Shown here piece after piece: positions 50,901 through 64,000 of a stretch of 64,000 bases of DNA. The translations under genes and the position numbers were made by a program. The stretch lies in assembly GCF_009914755.1 (NCBI RefSeq), contig NC_060936.1; one strand, given 5' to 3'. Every line of letters begins with the position of its first letter. The first letter of the stretch is position 1. The DNA comes from the human T2T-CHM13v2.0 reference genome, Homo sapiens. The notes under the pieces were generated by a model. The model was not told the origin of the DNA, did no database searches, and worked only from the letters and a program-made list of their open reading frames with translations.

Positions 50901-51458
50901 AAAATAAATAAATACATAAAAAGCAAACAAGCGGGGACACCTGCAGTCTTAGTCACTGACAATGGGTTTAGGGAAAGTTGCACATTAGAGTCAACCCCTT
51001 CTTTTTTTTTTTTTTTTTTTTTAAATCCAGTATTTAGGATAATATTTATGCTTAGTGTAAACATTCTGTGAATGAAGTAGACTCTTCGGTGGAATATATT
51101 AATATATTACTGTATATCCACATTTTCATGGAATGGTACTGTGGGAGACTGAGCAAACACTCTTTTGGCAACTTAGTAGAACAGCTTCTTAAAGGCTTTG
51201 CATGCTTGCTGCTTTAAGCTGCTTTTTTTTTTCTTTTCTTCCCTTTAGTGATTTCAGTAGTTTATATTGGAAAGAAAAACAATTACAACATGTGCCCTTA
51301 CAAATACCAAAAGCACTGTAAGGATATTTGTCTTGACAGTGTTTATTGATTTGAAGTCATATTAGGAAATATTTAGACAATGAAAATTATCAAGAGATAA
51401 TTTACCTTTCAATTATGATAAATAGATGTGATTGGTTGCCATTTGTGTTCTTTTGCAG

Positions 51459-51504
51459 AACTCTGATAAGAAAAGTGTTCAATTTGTATTTAAGCAAACA
51501 GTGA
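51459..51504 (+). CDS. AEBP2: AEBP2 alternative last coding segment, C-terminal extension TLIRKVFNLYLSKQ*
   Basis: gttcttttgcag| acceptor; in frame after 50896 donor (562-nt intron); matches the C-terminus I recall for the long AEBP2 isoform. Confidence 0.88.
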
Positions 51505-53438
51505 ACGACGTTTGCAATCAACTAAAAATTCGTCTATCGAATTAGGGCTGAAAATTACTGTTAAAGAGTGTTGCAGTATGTCTGGTGGCTCCCTTTTCAG
51601 GACTAGGGCTTTCTCATGGAGTACAGTATGTTAATATTTACCTATATAACTAATCTGTTAACGGTTTTTGAAAAACCTTTCAAATTATTTGAATAATCTT
51701 CATATTTTCATTTAACCTATATGACTCTAATTTTTTTTCTGAGGAAATCATTTGGTTTTTGAGTTGTTTTTTCTTAATGTAAGAAAAATTGTATTTTTTT
51801 TACAAGTATCTTCAAACTGAATCTTTTATGCACCAAAGTTGGTCTTGAAAAGGAAAATAAAATCACTTTCTTGCTTGGTAAGCAAGAAGCCATATCGATT
51901 TTTTTTAACTTACAGAAATGGAAATATGTGTAACTTGTTAGTATTGTATTAAACAAATGTTGCATAGAGATAATAGAACATTGCTTGTAAATAATTCAGC
52001 AGATTTGTAATATATTTTTATATTTTGAAATGTACTGTAGATGTTTTCTAGAGGCATGAAAGTTAAATGTATATATTATGGTAGAAATAATATTGAAGGA
52101 TATTGTACTTCACTAGTGCTGCCAGAGGAATTGTTAATAAAAGCACCTTCTTTAACAATAAATGTCTTTCACAGACTTAAGGGACTATGTACTACTGTTA
52201 ATATCTCTAAGAACAAAACACATTGAACATCCTTCCAGAAAGTCTTTGAGGGAGGACCTATACCCATAATAGAATTATGGCACTCATTTCTGACAGTGAT
52301 CAAGAAATCAGTTATTTCCTTACTGTTGGAAGGACATTGTAAAGTATGTGGTTATATGCAGTGAAACTGCAGAAAATACTCCTGGTTGAGGAGTTTTCAC
52401 TTTACTACAGTGATATAAAAACCAGCAGTTTTTACACTAAATTTTTTAAAGAAATATTAGACAAAAATATAGAATTAAAACCTTTGGTTCCAAAATGGGA
52501 AAGGTTCCACGATACATAAATCATTTCTCATTTGCTTTAAAAAATTTAAAAGTGTAAAAATTATGAGAGACTTTATTCGTTAACAATGGGGGTAAAGAGC
52601 TATATACATGAAAATGAGTCTTATAAAATTAAGTGAAGTGCAAATAAAAGCACTGCTACTATAAGACATTCTGGAATGGTTGTTTAATAAGGGTATTATC
52701 CATTTGATCTATAGCAATGTGATTTTATTTTTAAAAAGAAAAGCAGTGTGTTTTCTTTTTTTGTTGTTTTCTTTTGCTTAAGCACTTCATCAATTGCTTT
52801 ATTCTGTATCTGCGAAGTAATCTGCAATCTCTTTTGTTCTTTTTAAAATTTGATTTGTTATAAAATTGCCAAATAGAAGTGTTTCAGATACATAGTTTGT
52901 ACCTGTATTTTTATTTTATTGCCTCATGTTCTTGTAAGTCATTCTTAATTGACCAATGATTGTAGACCTTGCTTGAGTATTTTTTCTAATAAAACAAAGC
53001 AAATCACATTTAGCTTCAAATTGTAACAATTCAATTGAATTTTAAAATGACACCTGAAAAGATACATCTGATATTTTCTATATAGAGCACAGTAAATAAG
53101 TTTTTTCATTGTGTAGAAATACTTAGATGTCAAAACCAGATTTCGTGATCCTTGATTAACTTCTGAGTACTCAATCAATCATAATCCTTTTGCTGCTTAT
53201 CTGATGTTGGTTTGATACTGTTAACACACCAAAAAGAATATGGAATTGAAATGAGCTAGCTTTATAACTTGTATGTATACATATATACACATAACATCCA
53301 ATTATGACTGGGTAATAAGTGTGAAAATTTTAATTTGTGGTTTTCATTTATTAATGTCTGCCCATCTGTATTGTTGCTCCTACCTTCAAATATGACACCT
53401 GAAATAATAAGTCTGTTGTCCAGAATTTATGTATTGTT

Positions 53439-53953
53439 CAGCATCAAGCAAACTACAGCTCACAAGCATACCCATTTATATGTTGTCTATGCCTGCTTTC
53501 TCCTGCAGTGGCAGAATTGAGTGGTGAGACCTTAGGTCCTGCAAGCCCCCAATTTTTACTACAGGTTGGCAATCCCTAATCCAAAAATCTGACATAAAAA
53601 ATGCTCCAAAGTTCAAAACTTTCTGAGTGCTGACATCATGCTGCAAGTGGAAAATTCCACGCCTGACCTCATGTGACTGGTCATAGTCAAAACAATTAAG
53701 ACTTTGTTTCATGCACAAAATTATTAAAACTGTTGTATAAAATTACCTTCAGTCTATGTGTATAAGGTGTTTGTGAGATATAAATGAACTTTATGTTTAG
53801 TCTTGGATCGCATTTCTGAGTCTCATTATGTATATGCAGATACTCAAAAATCTGAAAAAAATCAAAAATCTGAAATACTTCTGGTCCCAAGCATTTCGGA
53901 TAAGGGATACTCAGCCTGTCTCTGGTCCTTTAAGAAAAAGTTTTCGATTCCTT
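53439..53953 (+). mobile_element. MER58 (hAT-Charlie) remnant split by the Tigger4b insertion
   Basis: TTGTCTATGCCTGCTTT...GGCAGAATTGAGT...TTTTTACTA before, and TCTGGTCCTTTAAGAAAAAGTTT after, the Tigger element. Confidence 0.7.
53562..53918 (+). mobile_element. Tigger4b/MER46-type MITE in the 3' UTR
   Basis: TIRs CAGGTTGGCAATCCCTAATCC and (reverse complement) CAGGCTGAGTATCCCTTATCC; preceded by TA. Confidence 0.85.
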
Positions 53954-54989
53954 TGTCTAGTTGACAAAAAGTTTGGAAACATAAACTTAGACCACACAAC
54001 TTGCATTTTAATATGACAATGTTGATCTTGCTAATAAGCCAGTACATTAAATTTTAGTGAAAGCTGTTTCATGTATTTTACAGTAAATACTGCCATATTA
54101 GGTACCTACAACAAATGGTGGTTTTTGGAAACTTTTACGGTGGGTTTTTAAAGTTATTAATAGTCCATCATTTCATCATTTGTGTTTCTGTATTTATTTT
54201 GCTAAGAACTAAATAAGATTTTGTACATCAGATTGTGTTTGAACCGTAAGGCACATCTGCTTTATCTAAAAGAATCTTAAGGTGGAAATAGTGTAAAATT
54301 TAAAATTTTTTATATTTCTAATAAACTTTTTATATATAAATGTTACCTAAAGTGGACACATGTTACTTCTGAATTTCACATGAAAGGAAATTAAAGATGG
54401 ACAATAATTATCTCTCAATATTTTAAGATTTGTTTTACTAATTGAAAACAGTATGTCAGTAAATCTTTGGCCTTAGTGCTTTTTTCCCCCTTTTACACAT
54501 TAATAAAATGTTTTAAATATGGTAATACTCTTAAAACGGTAGAATTTGCCACAGTTGTTTAAAGCATTTTTATTTTTTCTTTGAATTCTTAATTCATGGT
54601 GAACAGATGTTGGGTTCTTAAAATATAAAAATGAGAAAATATGTATTAAAAATACTTGATAGAGGGTTTTCTCTTTAATCACAACTTAAAAAAAGAAACC
54701 TTTAATACCTCTGCATAAGTTCTCTGAAAGAACTTAAATTCTTAGTTTATATGAAAACTGATATGTATGTCTGTGTAACAAAGCCTGTTGGGTACAGGTC
54801 TACAAGGAGATACTTTGTTTCTAAAAAAGGAGTTAAATCGTGTCACCTGAATTTTTTTTTTTTGAGATAAGTGGACATTTTGGGGATTTTGGTTAAAACA
54901 TATTTCTCTATTCTAAAAATTACAGAATATGTATTCATAAAAGGGAAGAAATTGTTAGAAAATTTCCTGTGTACGTAGTTTGTTTTTAA

Positions 54990-54995
54990 ATTAAA
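54990..54995 (+). terminator. Candidate distal poly(A) signal ATTAAA
   Basis: ATTAAA with upstream TGTA and U-rich sequence and downstream GT/T-rich sequence; alternative AATAAA sites near 50903, 52135, 52644, 52988, 54502. Confidence 0.45.
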
Positions 54996-56741
54996 GAATC
55001 TTGTGACCTGGTGTAGGACATTTTGCATTTGTAACACTGCAGTTTTAATATATTTGCTGTTTTTTTTTAAAATTAGAATATGTTTAAAATTTAATGGTTA
55101 TGAGGCTCTGTAGCCTTAAAATGTTTTATAGTAGTAAAATGTATTATTTTCATCTTAAAAAAAACTAAATATTTACATTGCATAATTTATTTATTGAATC
55201 AAGTTTACGTGGTCTAACACATGGTTCTGTTAATCTGAAAATTGAAAAGGATTTGTAAGCAGGTTAGAGCAGGAATTGCAACCCAGATTTTTTTTTTTCT
55301 AGGTCAGAATTCTTTTCACTATACCAAACTGCTGCTCACAGTGTGAGAACATGAATGTACATTGTGATACCACTATAAAGTTGTGTCCAGTGTTTCTGCC
55401 ACAGCCAGTCTAGCATGATCATTCATGGCACAAAATAGTCTGTAAAATTTGTTAAATGAGTATTATAGGTGAGTAATTTTTACAGTAAAATACTTTGGAG
55501 AATTAACAGTGATAAAACAGTAGTAGGGTTGAAGTGACCTGGCTTAAGCCACATTCTGTGATAGTGTCAGGTACCTTTTCATAAGAACCTTATATACGGA
55601 TATAGTGGTTCATGCTTGTAATCCCAACTACTTGGGAGGGTAAGAAGGGAGGATTGCTTGAGGCCAAGAGTTCCAGGCTACAGTGAGCTATGATTGGACC
55701 ACTGCATTCCAGTCTGGGTGACACAGCGAGACCCCACCTCTTTATTTTTCGCTACGGAGTCTTGCTCTCTTGCTGAGGCTGAAGTGCAGTGGTGTGATCT
55801 CAGCTCACTGCAACCTCTGCTTCCGGCTTCAAGTGGTTCTTGTGGCTCAGCCTCCCACGTAGCTGGGACTACAGGTGCGTGCCACCATGCCCAGCTAATT
55901 TTTGTATTTTTTAGTAGGGACGGGGTTTTGCCATGTTGGCCAGCCTGGGCTTGAAATCCTTACCGCAGGTGATTCTCCCACCTCTGCCTCCCAAAGTGCT
56001 GGCATTACAGGCATGAGCCACTGTGCCTGGCCCCCGCCTCTTTAAACAACAACAAAAGTTCTAATAAAAGGAACTGTGCTTCAGTTTGTTTAGACATTCT
56101 TAGTGTAAAGGGTTATTGATGTTATGTTTTTACATATTGGATGTAATATTTTGGCTTACTTGATTTTATTTAAAAATGTTCCTTTTTGTCAGTCCTGTTT
56201 TATGATGTAAATAACTTTTTTTTTTTTTTTTTTTTTTGAGACAGATTCTTACTCTGTCGCCCAGGCTGTAGTGCAGTGGCGGGATTGTAGCTCGCTGCAG
56301 CTTCAAAACGCCTTGGGCTCAAGTGACCCTGTCGCGTTGGCCTCCCGAGTAGCTAGGCCTCCAGGCATGCACCACCACGCTGGCTTTTTTAATATATTGC
56401 CCAGGCTGGTCTTCAACTCATGGTATTACAGGTGTGAGCCGAGCCACTGCACCTGGCCCAACATTTTTTTTTTAAAAAACACTATTTTGAAGGAGCTATG
56501 CAGTATTTGGTTTCCTGTTTTTTGAGATGGAATCTCTCTCTCTTGCTCAGGCTGGGGTGCAATGGCACAATCGCTGCTCACTGCAGCTGCTGCCTCCCGG
56601 GTTCAATCGATTGTCTTGCCTCAGCCTCCTGAGTAGCTGGGATTACAGACACACACCACCACGCCCGGCTAATTTTTGTATTTTTAGTAGAGACTGTTTC
56701 ACCATGTTGGCCAGGCTGGTCTGGAACTCCTGACCTTGTGA

Positions 56742-57077
<336 letters not shown>

Positions 57078-58210
57078 TAGCTGGGATTACAGGCACGTGC
57101 TACCATGCCGGGCTGATTTTTGTATTTTTAGTAGAGACTGGGTTTCGCCAGGATGGTCTTGAACACCTGACCTCAGGTGGTTTGCGCCCCTCCGCCTCCC
57201 AAAGTGCTGGGATTACAGGTGTGAGCCACCGTGCTCGGCCTGGTTTCTTTATTTGAATGTTTTGTCTTGATCCCAGAGCGTTGCTGCTTTCAGAGGACCT
57301 TTTTTCCTCTTCAGTGTTCAGATGCTTCTGCTAAAGAATACCTATGTTTAACTAGTCTTTATTATGAAATTGCAGTGAACTTACGTATTTCTGTTGAAAA
57401 CTGAATTTATATTTGCATGCCTAATGCATCTTGTGTGTACATAAGATTATTATATTTTGGGGGCCTTTTTTGGTTAGAAAAACTATTTTTAGAGGAAGGT
57501 GTGTAGCTAGGAAATAGTAATAGATTGTAAAACTGTGATAGCTTACTCTTGAGAGCTGGGCTCAGTGCAAGTAATTTAGTATAGACATCATCGAGCATTG
57601 CAGGAGAATGGGTCATAAGGTTCCCAGCTTGTGTCTGCTTGAATTTCATAAATTAAAAGAGAGCCTAGTTATTTTTTTAATGCCCGTAAAGTAAATGTCA
57701 GTCTTTGTAGAAGTTAGCTTATTTAAATTTCAGACTTTTGAATTCTTACGTGACCTCCACAAATCTGAAAGATCTGATTTCTTTTTAAATGTAATTTCAG
57801 AAGTCAGCAGTTTTTTCAGAATTTGTCCTAAGGATCAATAGTATTTTTTAAAGTAACTTTTTATATTAAGTTATAATGACCAAATTGAAGAAATCAATTA
57901 TAGAAAGTAGGAACAAAATGGAAGTCTTTACTTTCAGTTAACCACACCTTCCTGGTCTCCTGATTAATATTTTTCTTTTGTGCTTTTTAAAATTGTTTAA
58001 CACTCAGTTCTATGGTTTGGCCTTTTTTTTTATTTTCTTTCTTTTTTGTTTTTTTTTGAGACATTCTTGCTCTGTCGCCTAGTCTGACTCGGCTGTGGCT
58101 TGATCTCGGCTCACTGTACTCTCCGCCTCCTGGGTTCACAAAATTCTCATACCTCAGCCTCCCGAGTAGCTGGGACTACAGGCACGGCTTACTCAGGGCA
58201 CTCAAATAGA

Positions 58211-58300
58211 TCTTCCTTTCCTTTCCCTTTCCCTCTTTCCCTTTCCCTTTCCTTTTCCTTTTCCCTTCCCCTCCTTTCCTTTCCTTTTTTTTTTTTTTTT
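58211..58300. repeat. (TTTCCC)n-like polypyrimidine tract
   Basis: Degenerate hexamer repeat then poly-T. Confidence 0.85.
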
Positions 58301-59589
58301 AAAAAAAGATACTGTCACCGAGGCTGGAGTGCAGTGGCATGAATATGACTCATTGCAACCTCCACTTCCCTCATTTAAGTGATTCTCCTGCCTCAGCCTC
58401 CTGTGCCTTAGCTGGGATTATGGGCATGTGTCACCATGCCCAGCTAATTTTTGTATTTTTGGTAGAGATGAAGTTTCACCATGTTGCCAGGCTGGACTTG
58501 AACTCCTGACTTCAGATGATCCGCCCGCCTTGGCCTCCTGAAGTGCTGGGATTATAGGGGTGAGCCACCACGCCTGGCCTGAAAATATACTTTGAATGAT
58601 ATTTGTGTAGTTTAATTTCCTAGAAGACACTGTTAACTGACTTAAAGAATTTTGTTCATTATAAGTTGTGAGTTGCATTATAAGTTTTGGCATTGCCAAA
58701 ATGTTTTCCTTAAAAGGTGGTACCAACATAAACTTCCATCGACTGAGTGTGAGTAAATATTGTTGCTCACACTGTGTTACTATTACTCTAGTCTAAGGTG
58801 GACAAATGACATAAGTATCTTTCAGTCCATTTAGGTTGTACAGTTAGATGAGTTTTGACAGATGTCTATGTAATCACCAAACAAGATACAGAACATTTCC
58901 ATCACCTTGCATAGGTTCCCCCATGCTTCCTTCCTTTGATCCTTAGCACCAGGCAACCACTGATCTACTGTGTGGCACTAGAGATTGGTTGCATTTTCTA
59001 GAATTTTATATAAATGGAATAACAACAGTGTATACTCTTGTGTATGTTTTCCAGCATAAATGATTTTGAAATGCATCACATACTGTAAAAAATATTTGCA
59101 TTTTTTACTTCTCCAGTGATATTGAACATATTTTTTCCTGTAGCTTTTAGTTATTTATACTTGAAGTAGATACTGGAGACACTAAAAATTATCTAAACTC
59201 TTCTGACTTCAGATTGCCCTTTAAGATTTACTAAATAAATAAAAAAGACTTCTTGTTCTGGAGTATGGCTGGGCAGCATTAAAGACATTAAGGCAGCTTA
59301 AAAATGAATTTTTGTCTGTTTAATCAGTTTCAGTTTATTATCAGTTTTTAAGGTATTTATGTGGCTTATGATGGGGGTCTTTATGTTTCTATGTGCTGGA
59401 GATGTTAAAACAAGTATAATTTGTTACTGTTATACTAGCAATGTTATCAAGTCAACTTTTAGCCTACAAAATAAAAATCCTATTAATAGAGAGCAAAATC
59501 TTAGAGGACTTGGAAATACATTTAAAAACTTTCCAGAAAGATAATCCTCAGACTACCCAAATGGTATAAATTGAAATATACATAGAAAA

Positions 59590-60600
59590 ATGTACCCATT
59601 CAATATCAAGCATCCGCAAATTGCAAGGCACTGTTCTAGATGCTACAGATTCAGCAGTGGAGAAAATAAACATTCTTGATCTCACGGACCTTAGAATTGT
59701 GTGTATGAGAGATGGCAGACAATATGCAAGTGAGTGAAACATGTATGGTGTAAATGCTATGAAGAAAAAATGGGGACAGGGATAGGGGAAGTGAATTTGT
59801 GATAGAATTTTAAGTAGGGTGCTTGGTAAGGCCTTACTGAGCAAAGCCCTGAAGGAGCTGAGTGAGAATACATGCAGGTATCTGAGAGTAGAGAACCCCC
59901 AGCTAAGAGAACAGCAACTATAAAGCCCCTTGAAGCAAGAGCATTTATTAAAATGCTTTATGCTTGCTGTTCTTTTATACTGTCCCAAGCGTGATTACAG
60001 GTGTTGGAGGTGCTGCACTGAACAAAACGTTAAAATACAATTCCACCTTTTTGGAGCTTAACATTTCATCATGCTTGGTGTGTTTGTAAAGCTGAGGTTG
60101 ATGTGAAGAGACTGAGGAGGTGGAAAGCCTTAGGAGAGTTTTGAGGAGAGAAGGGTTATGATCTGAACTATGTCTTAAAAGGATCACTGATTACTCTGAA
60201 GAATTAACTAATAATGGGAGCAAAGGCAGAAACAGGAAGAGCAATAAAAAGTCTCTTTTTTTTAAGTCATTGATTTTTTAATCAGTGGCTTGAACCAGAA
60301 TGGATGGTGTTAAATAATGGTTGGTTTTGCTGTGAACCTAAAACTGCTGTAAAAAAAAAAGCGATTTGGATTTGGATTTTCATTTGAAGGTAGATTTGTT
60401 GATAGCATGGTTATAGTATGAGAGAGTCAGGGTGGACTGCAGCGTTTATGGCTTAAACTACTGGTAGGATGGAACTGCTGTGAGATAGTGATAGCAAGAA
60501 GGACTGCAGTGTGGAGCAGGTTTGGGGAGGGATGAGTTTCAGAATTAAGCTTTGAATGTTTTGTGATTGGGATGCTTATTAGATATCCAAGTTGGGGGGG
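59590..60600 (+). mobile_element. L2 fragments
   Basis: GGCACTGTTCTAGATGCT, GATCTGAACTATGTCTTAAAAGGATCACT, TATTAGATATCCAAGT L2-type motifs. Confidence 0.55.
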
Positions 60601-60974
60601 TATCATGAGTCAGAGATGTATAATGGAAATGATGTCAGGAAGGCTGAGGATGTAATTTATATATATTTTTGAAATCTGTGGTAAGTCATTACACATGCAT
60701 AAAGGTAAGTTTATCATTTCACCTCCAGTGAACAGTTCTAACTGCTTGGGATCAGCTTGAACAAGAGCAGGACGCTGGACACTTGAGTTGCAAGCAGTAC
60801 GGATTTAACCTAAGACCTAGTAGAAATATACTTCTGATAAGCTTATCAGCTGCCAAGTGGTGGTCAGGAATGATTGGTCCATGGTTCAAGTTGCTGGTGA
60901 TTAAAAAAAAAAAAATTAGAAACAGAAAACTGCTTAGCTTTTATTTCCTGTGTACTGAATACCAATTTAAATCA

Positions 60975-61517
<543 letters not shown>

Positions 61518-63609
61518 TAGCAGGAAGTGATTTTTCAAAAGATGTAGGAAGAATAAGGTGAAATTTGCAAGAGGAAACAGGAAATGTAAAAAAATATAAA
61601 AAGTTTACCACAATTTTATGAATTTTTAGTACCCAGCATATACTTGGTACTTGGGATATAAATGAGTAAGGTGTTTTGTTCACACTTTCCAGATGTGGGC
61701 ACAGGAAGAGCATAGTGACATTAGCGTAATTTCTATACAGTGTGAAGTGCCCTGTTGGAGGTACGCCTGGAGTAATGTGGAAGCACAGAGAGCACTTGAC
61801 CCACCTCTAGAGCATTCAGGCAGGCTCACCTCAGAGGTTACCTTTGAAGTAATACCTGGGACTTAGTGATGGGGAATGGAGGGGAAGATGGAGGGGTTTA
61901 AGACAGGGATTTCTGTGACTGTAGAGTGGAACAACAGCTTTGTGTCTAGGTGACGGCCAGGAGTGGTGGGAGCTAAGTCTGAAGAGGTAGAGAGGACCAG
62001 TTGTTGAGGGCCTTGTGTTCCAAATAAGCTAGAGCTTGGGCTTTATGTGAAAGATTTACTGGTAAGATAACTGTTTTGATGTACCTACGTGACTGGTGAT
62101 GGGGAAACTAGCCCAAAGGCTGCTGTTCTGCCCTGCTCCCCAGTGAGGGAAAAACATAAAATAAATCACTTTTTGAAAACATTCAAGACTTACTGAAGAG
62201 TAAGATTTGAAAATATTAGAATTCATTACTGGGGAAATTAATTTTTTTTAACAGTTCTTAATAAAATATGTTACCTATTAAATCAGTTCCAACTTCCTTG
62301 GGTATCGTGGGGGGTACCTGAACTTACTCATGAAGGTGGTGGCCTTTCTGGCTATGTATTGGTCTTATAGTAGCCATATATGTTTTCTTTCTATGTGGGA
62401 TGTTAAAGTACTAGAATAGCAGTGCTAGAATAAATTTCCCATTTTATCTTTGTGAGAAGTAATAAAACACCAAAAACATCCTTAAAACACTAAAATACAC
62501 AAAAATATGGTATGCCATTATGGTATGTCATATTCAAACTGGTAGAGAAGTCCAGCCTACACCTATTTCCAAATTGGGGGAAAGTAGGCTCATTAACATG
62601 GGACTGAGCCAACAATTATTTTTTTCCTCCAGCATGATGGATGGCTTATTTTGTGACATTGTGTAGATTGTATAGGAACTTAGCAACATAGGAGATATTT
62701 CCTGAAATAGAGAATGACATTTGGCATAGAGAGTTAGTTGATATTTACTGTTTATAACGAAATTTGAACATTAGACATGTATTCCAAGCAGATTGTACAA
62801 ACAGGAAATAATTGATTTTTTTTTTTTTGCCAGAAAAGGGAAAAAGTGAAAGTACAGAAATGAATCATATAACAAATATGTGTGTACCAGGCACTTCCTG
62901 TGGCTGGGAATATGGACTAGCAGGCCTGCATTGGATACTTGATTATGAAGATTAGAGGTTGAGATACTTCTAGAACGCTGTTTCTGGCGTTGTTTCATCC
63001 ATCTCTTGGAAAAAATATAAAACTATTAGTTTGGTATCTTACCTTTTAATCTTCTCCCACCCGTAATTCAAAAAGGTTTCATGATACAGCAAGATAACAA
63101 TTTAAAAAATGAATAGAAATAAGAGAGGAAAAATTTTAAAGTAAGGCGCAGCTGGAGTGATCTCTACGAAATGCATGCTCTTAAATTTTATATGCTTATC
63201 AGAGGTTGGCCATAAACTTGCTAGCTTTGAACTAATTTATGAAGGAGTGCATGAGGATGTTGGAAGATTCATAGCATTTGTAACTGGGTAGTAAGCATTT
63301 AGAATTAGCTGGACAGTGGGCTAGGAGAATTTGTTTAGCCTTCACATTTAGTCCTTACAGTTAATGTATGAAATGTGGGTTTTACTATTTTTGTTTTACA
63401 AATGAGATACTTGGGTAACTTGTCCAAGACATACAGTCAGCAACAGTTCTGCTTGACTATAAATCCAGAAATCTTACTAATGTGCCACTTTGATAAATAG
63501 TTAATTGAATGTATTTTGCAAGGCTGTGTTAAAAGAATAAGCATCTTTGAAAGTATATTAATCAGTGTCATACACATTCTAACCAAGCTTTGCTCATCTC
63601 TCTGCATGC

Positions 63610-64000
63610 TTTGAAACTATTTCCAGTTGTTATGCAACTGATTGCCTAGGGATTGAAATGACTTTTAGTTGATGACAAACAAGATAAATATGTTGCAAAA
63701 TCATTAAAAATACTTCACCTTCACTGATTCCTTCTCTACTGCTCTTTTTTCCTTTATATAGACCTGAGTTTCTCACCTGTATCATTATCCTTCTCTCTGA
63801 GAAACTTCTTTTAATATTTGTTGCAAGGCAAGACCACCGGCAACGCATTCCCTCAAATTTTGTTTGAGAAGGTCTTTATTTCTCCCTAATTTTTGAAGGA
63901 TAATTTCACAGGATATAGGATTCTAGATTGGTGGGGGGTTTTTTTTCCCCCTCTCTCAACGCTTTAAGCATCTCACTCTCTTCTTGCTTACATGTTTTCT
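63610..64000 (-). mobile_element. Old L1M fragment running off the window end
   Basis: ...TTTGAAGGATAATTTCACAGGATATAGGATTCTAGATTGG typical L1M antisense sequence. Confidence 0.65.

Larger units (their letters stand above)
50901..55015 (+). other. AEBP2: AEBP2 3' UTR (end approximate)
   Basis: AT-rich, Alu-free stretch after the stop codons with many AATAAA hexamers; Alu-dense sequence resumes after ~55.6 kb. Confidence 0.7.

Noticed and set aside
60678-60712. Two strong donor motifs (GTG|gtaagt, AAG|gtaagt) downstream of the gene
   Set aside because: No convincing upstream acceptor or reading frame; such motifs arise by chance

Overview
Human/primate genomic DNA covering the 3' part of AEBP2 (PRC2 accessory zinc-finger subunit) on the + strand. 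Seven coding exons with GT-AG boundaries join in frame (probably exons 3-9; numbering is from memory). They encode two C2H2 fingers, the KR-rich motif and the C-terminal SUZ12/RBBP4-binding region. The last donor overlaps a stop codon (AG|GTAA), giving two C-termini (...PQKRLKR* or ...PQKRLKRTLIRKVFNLYLSKQ*), followed by a ~4 kb 3' UTR. The introns are mostly repeats: roughly 60 Alus (mostly antisense), a full-length TSD-flanked antisense L1PB, a THE1 solo LTR, MADE1, two MER2, a Tigger4b nested in MER58 in the 3' UTR, and old L1M/L2/MIR pieces. There is also a sense RPL34 processed pseudogene. The most interesting region is 41.6-43.2 kb. There the retrocopy could splice in frame to the upstream exon, a tight inverted Alu pair follows, and then comes a non-repetitive structured element with clustered splice donors (candidate poison exon, possibly ultraconserved and LF-SINE-related). 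Several templated-insertion or duplication scars are directly visible. Nearly all ORFs in the supplied track are repeat artefacts. Repeat subfamily names and boundaries are by eye and approximate.
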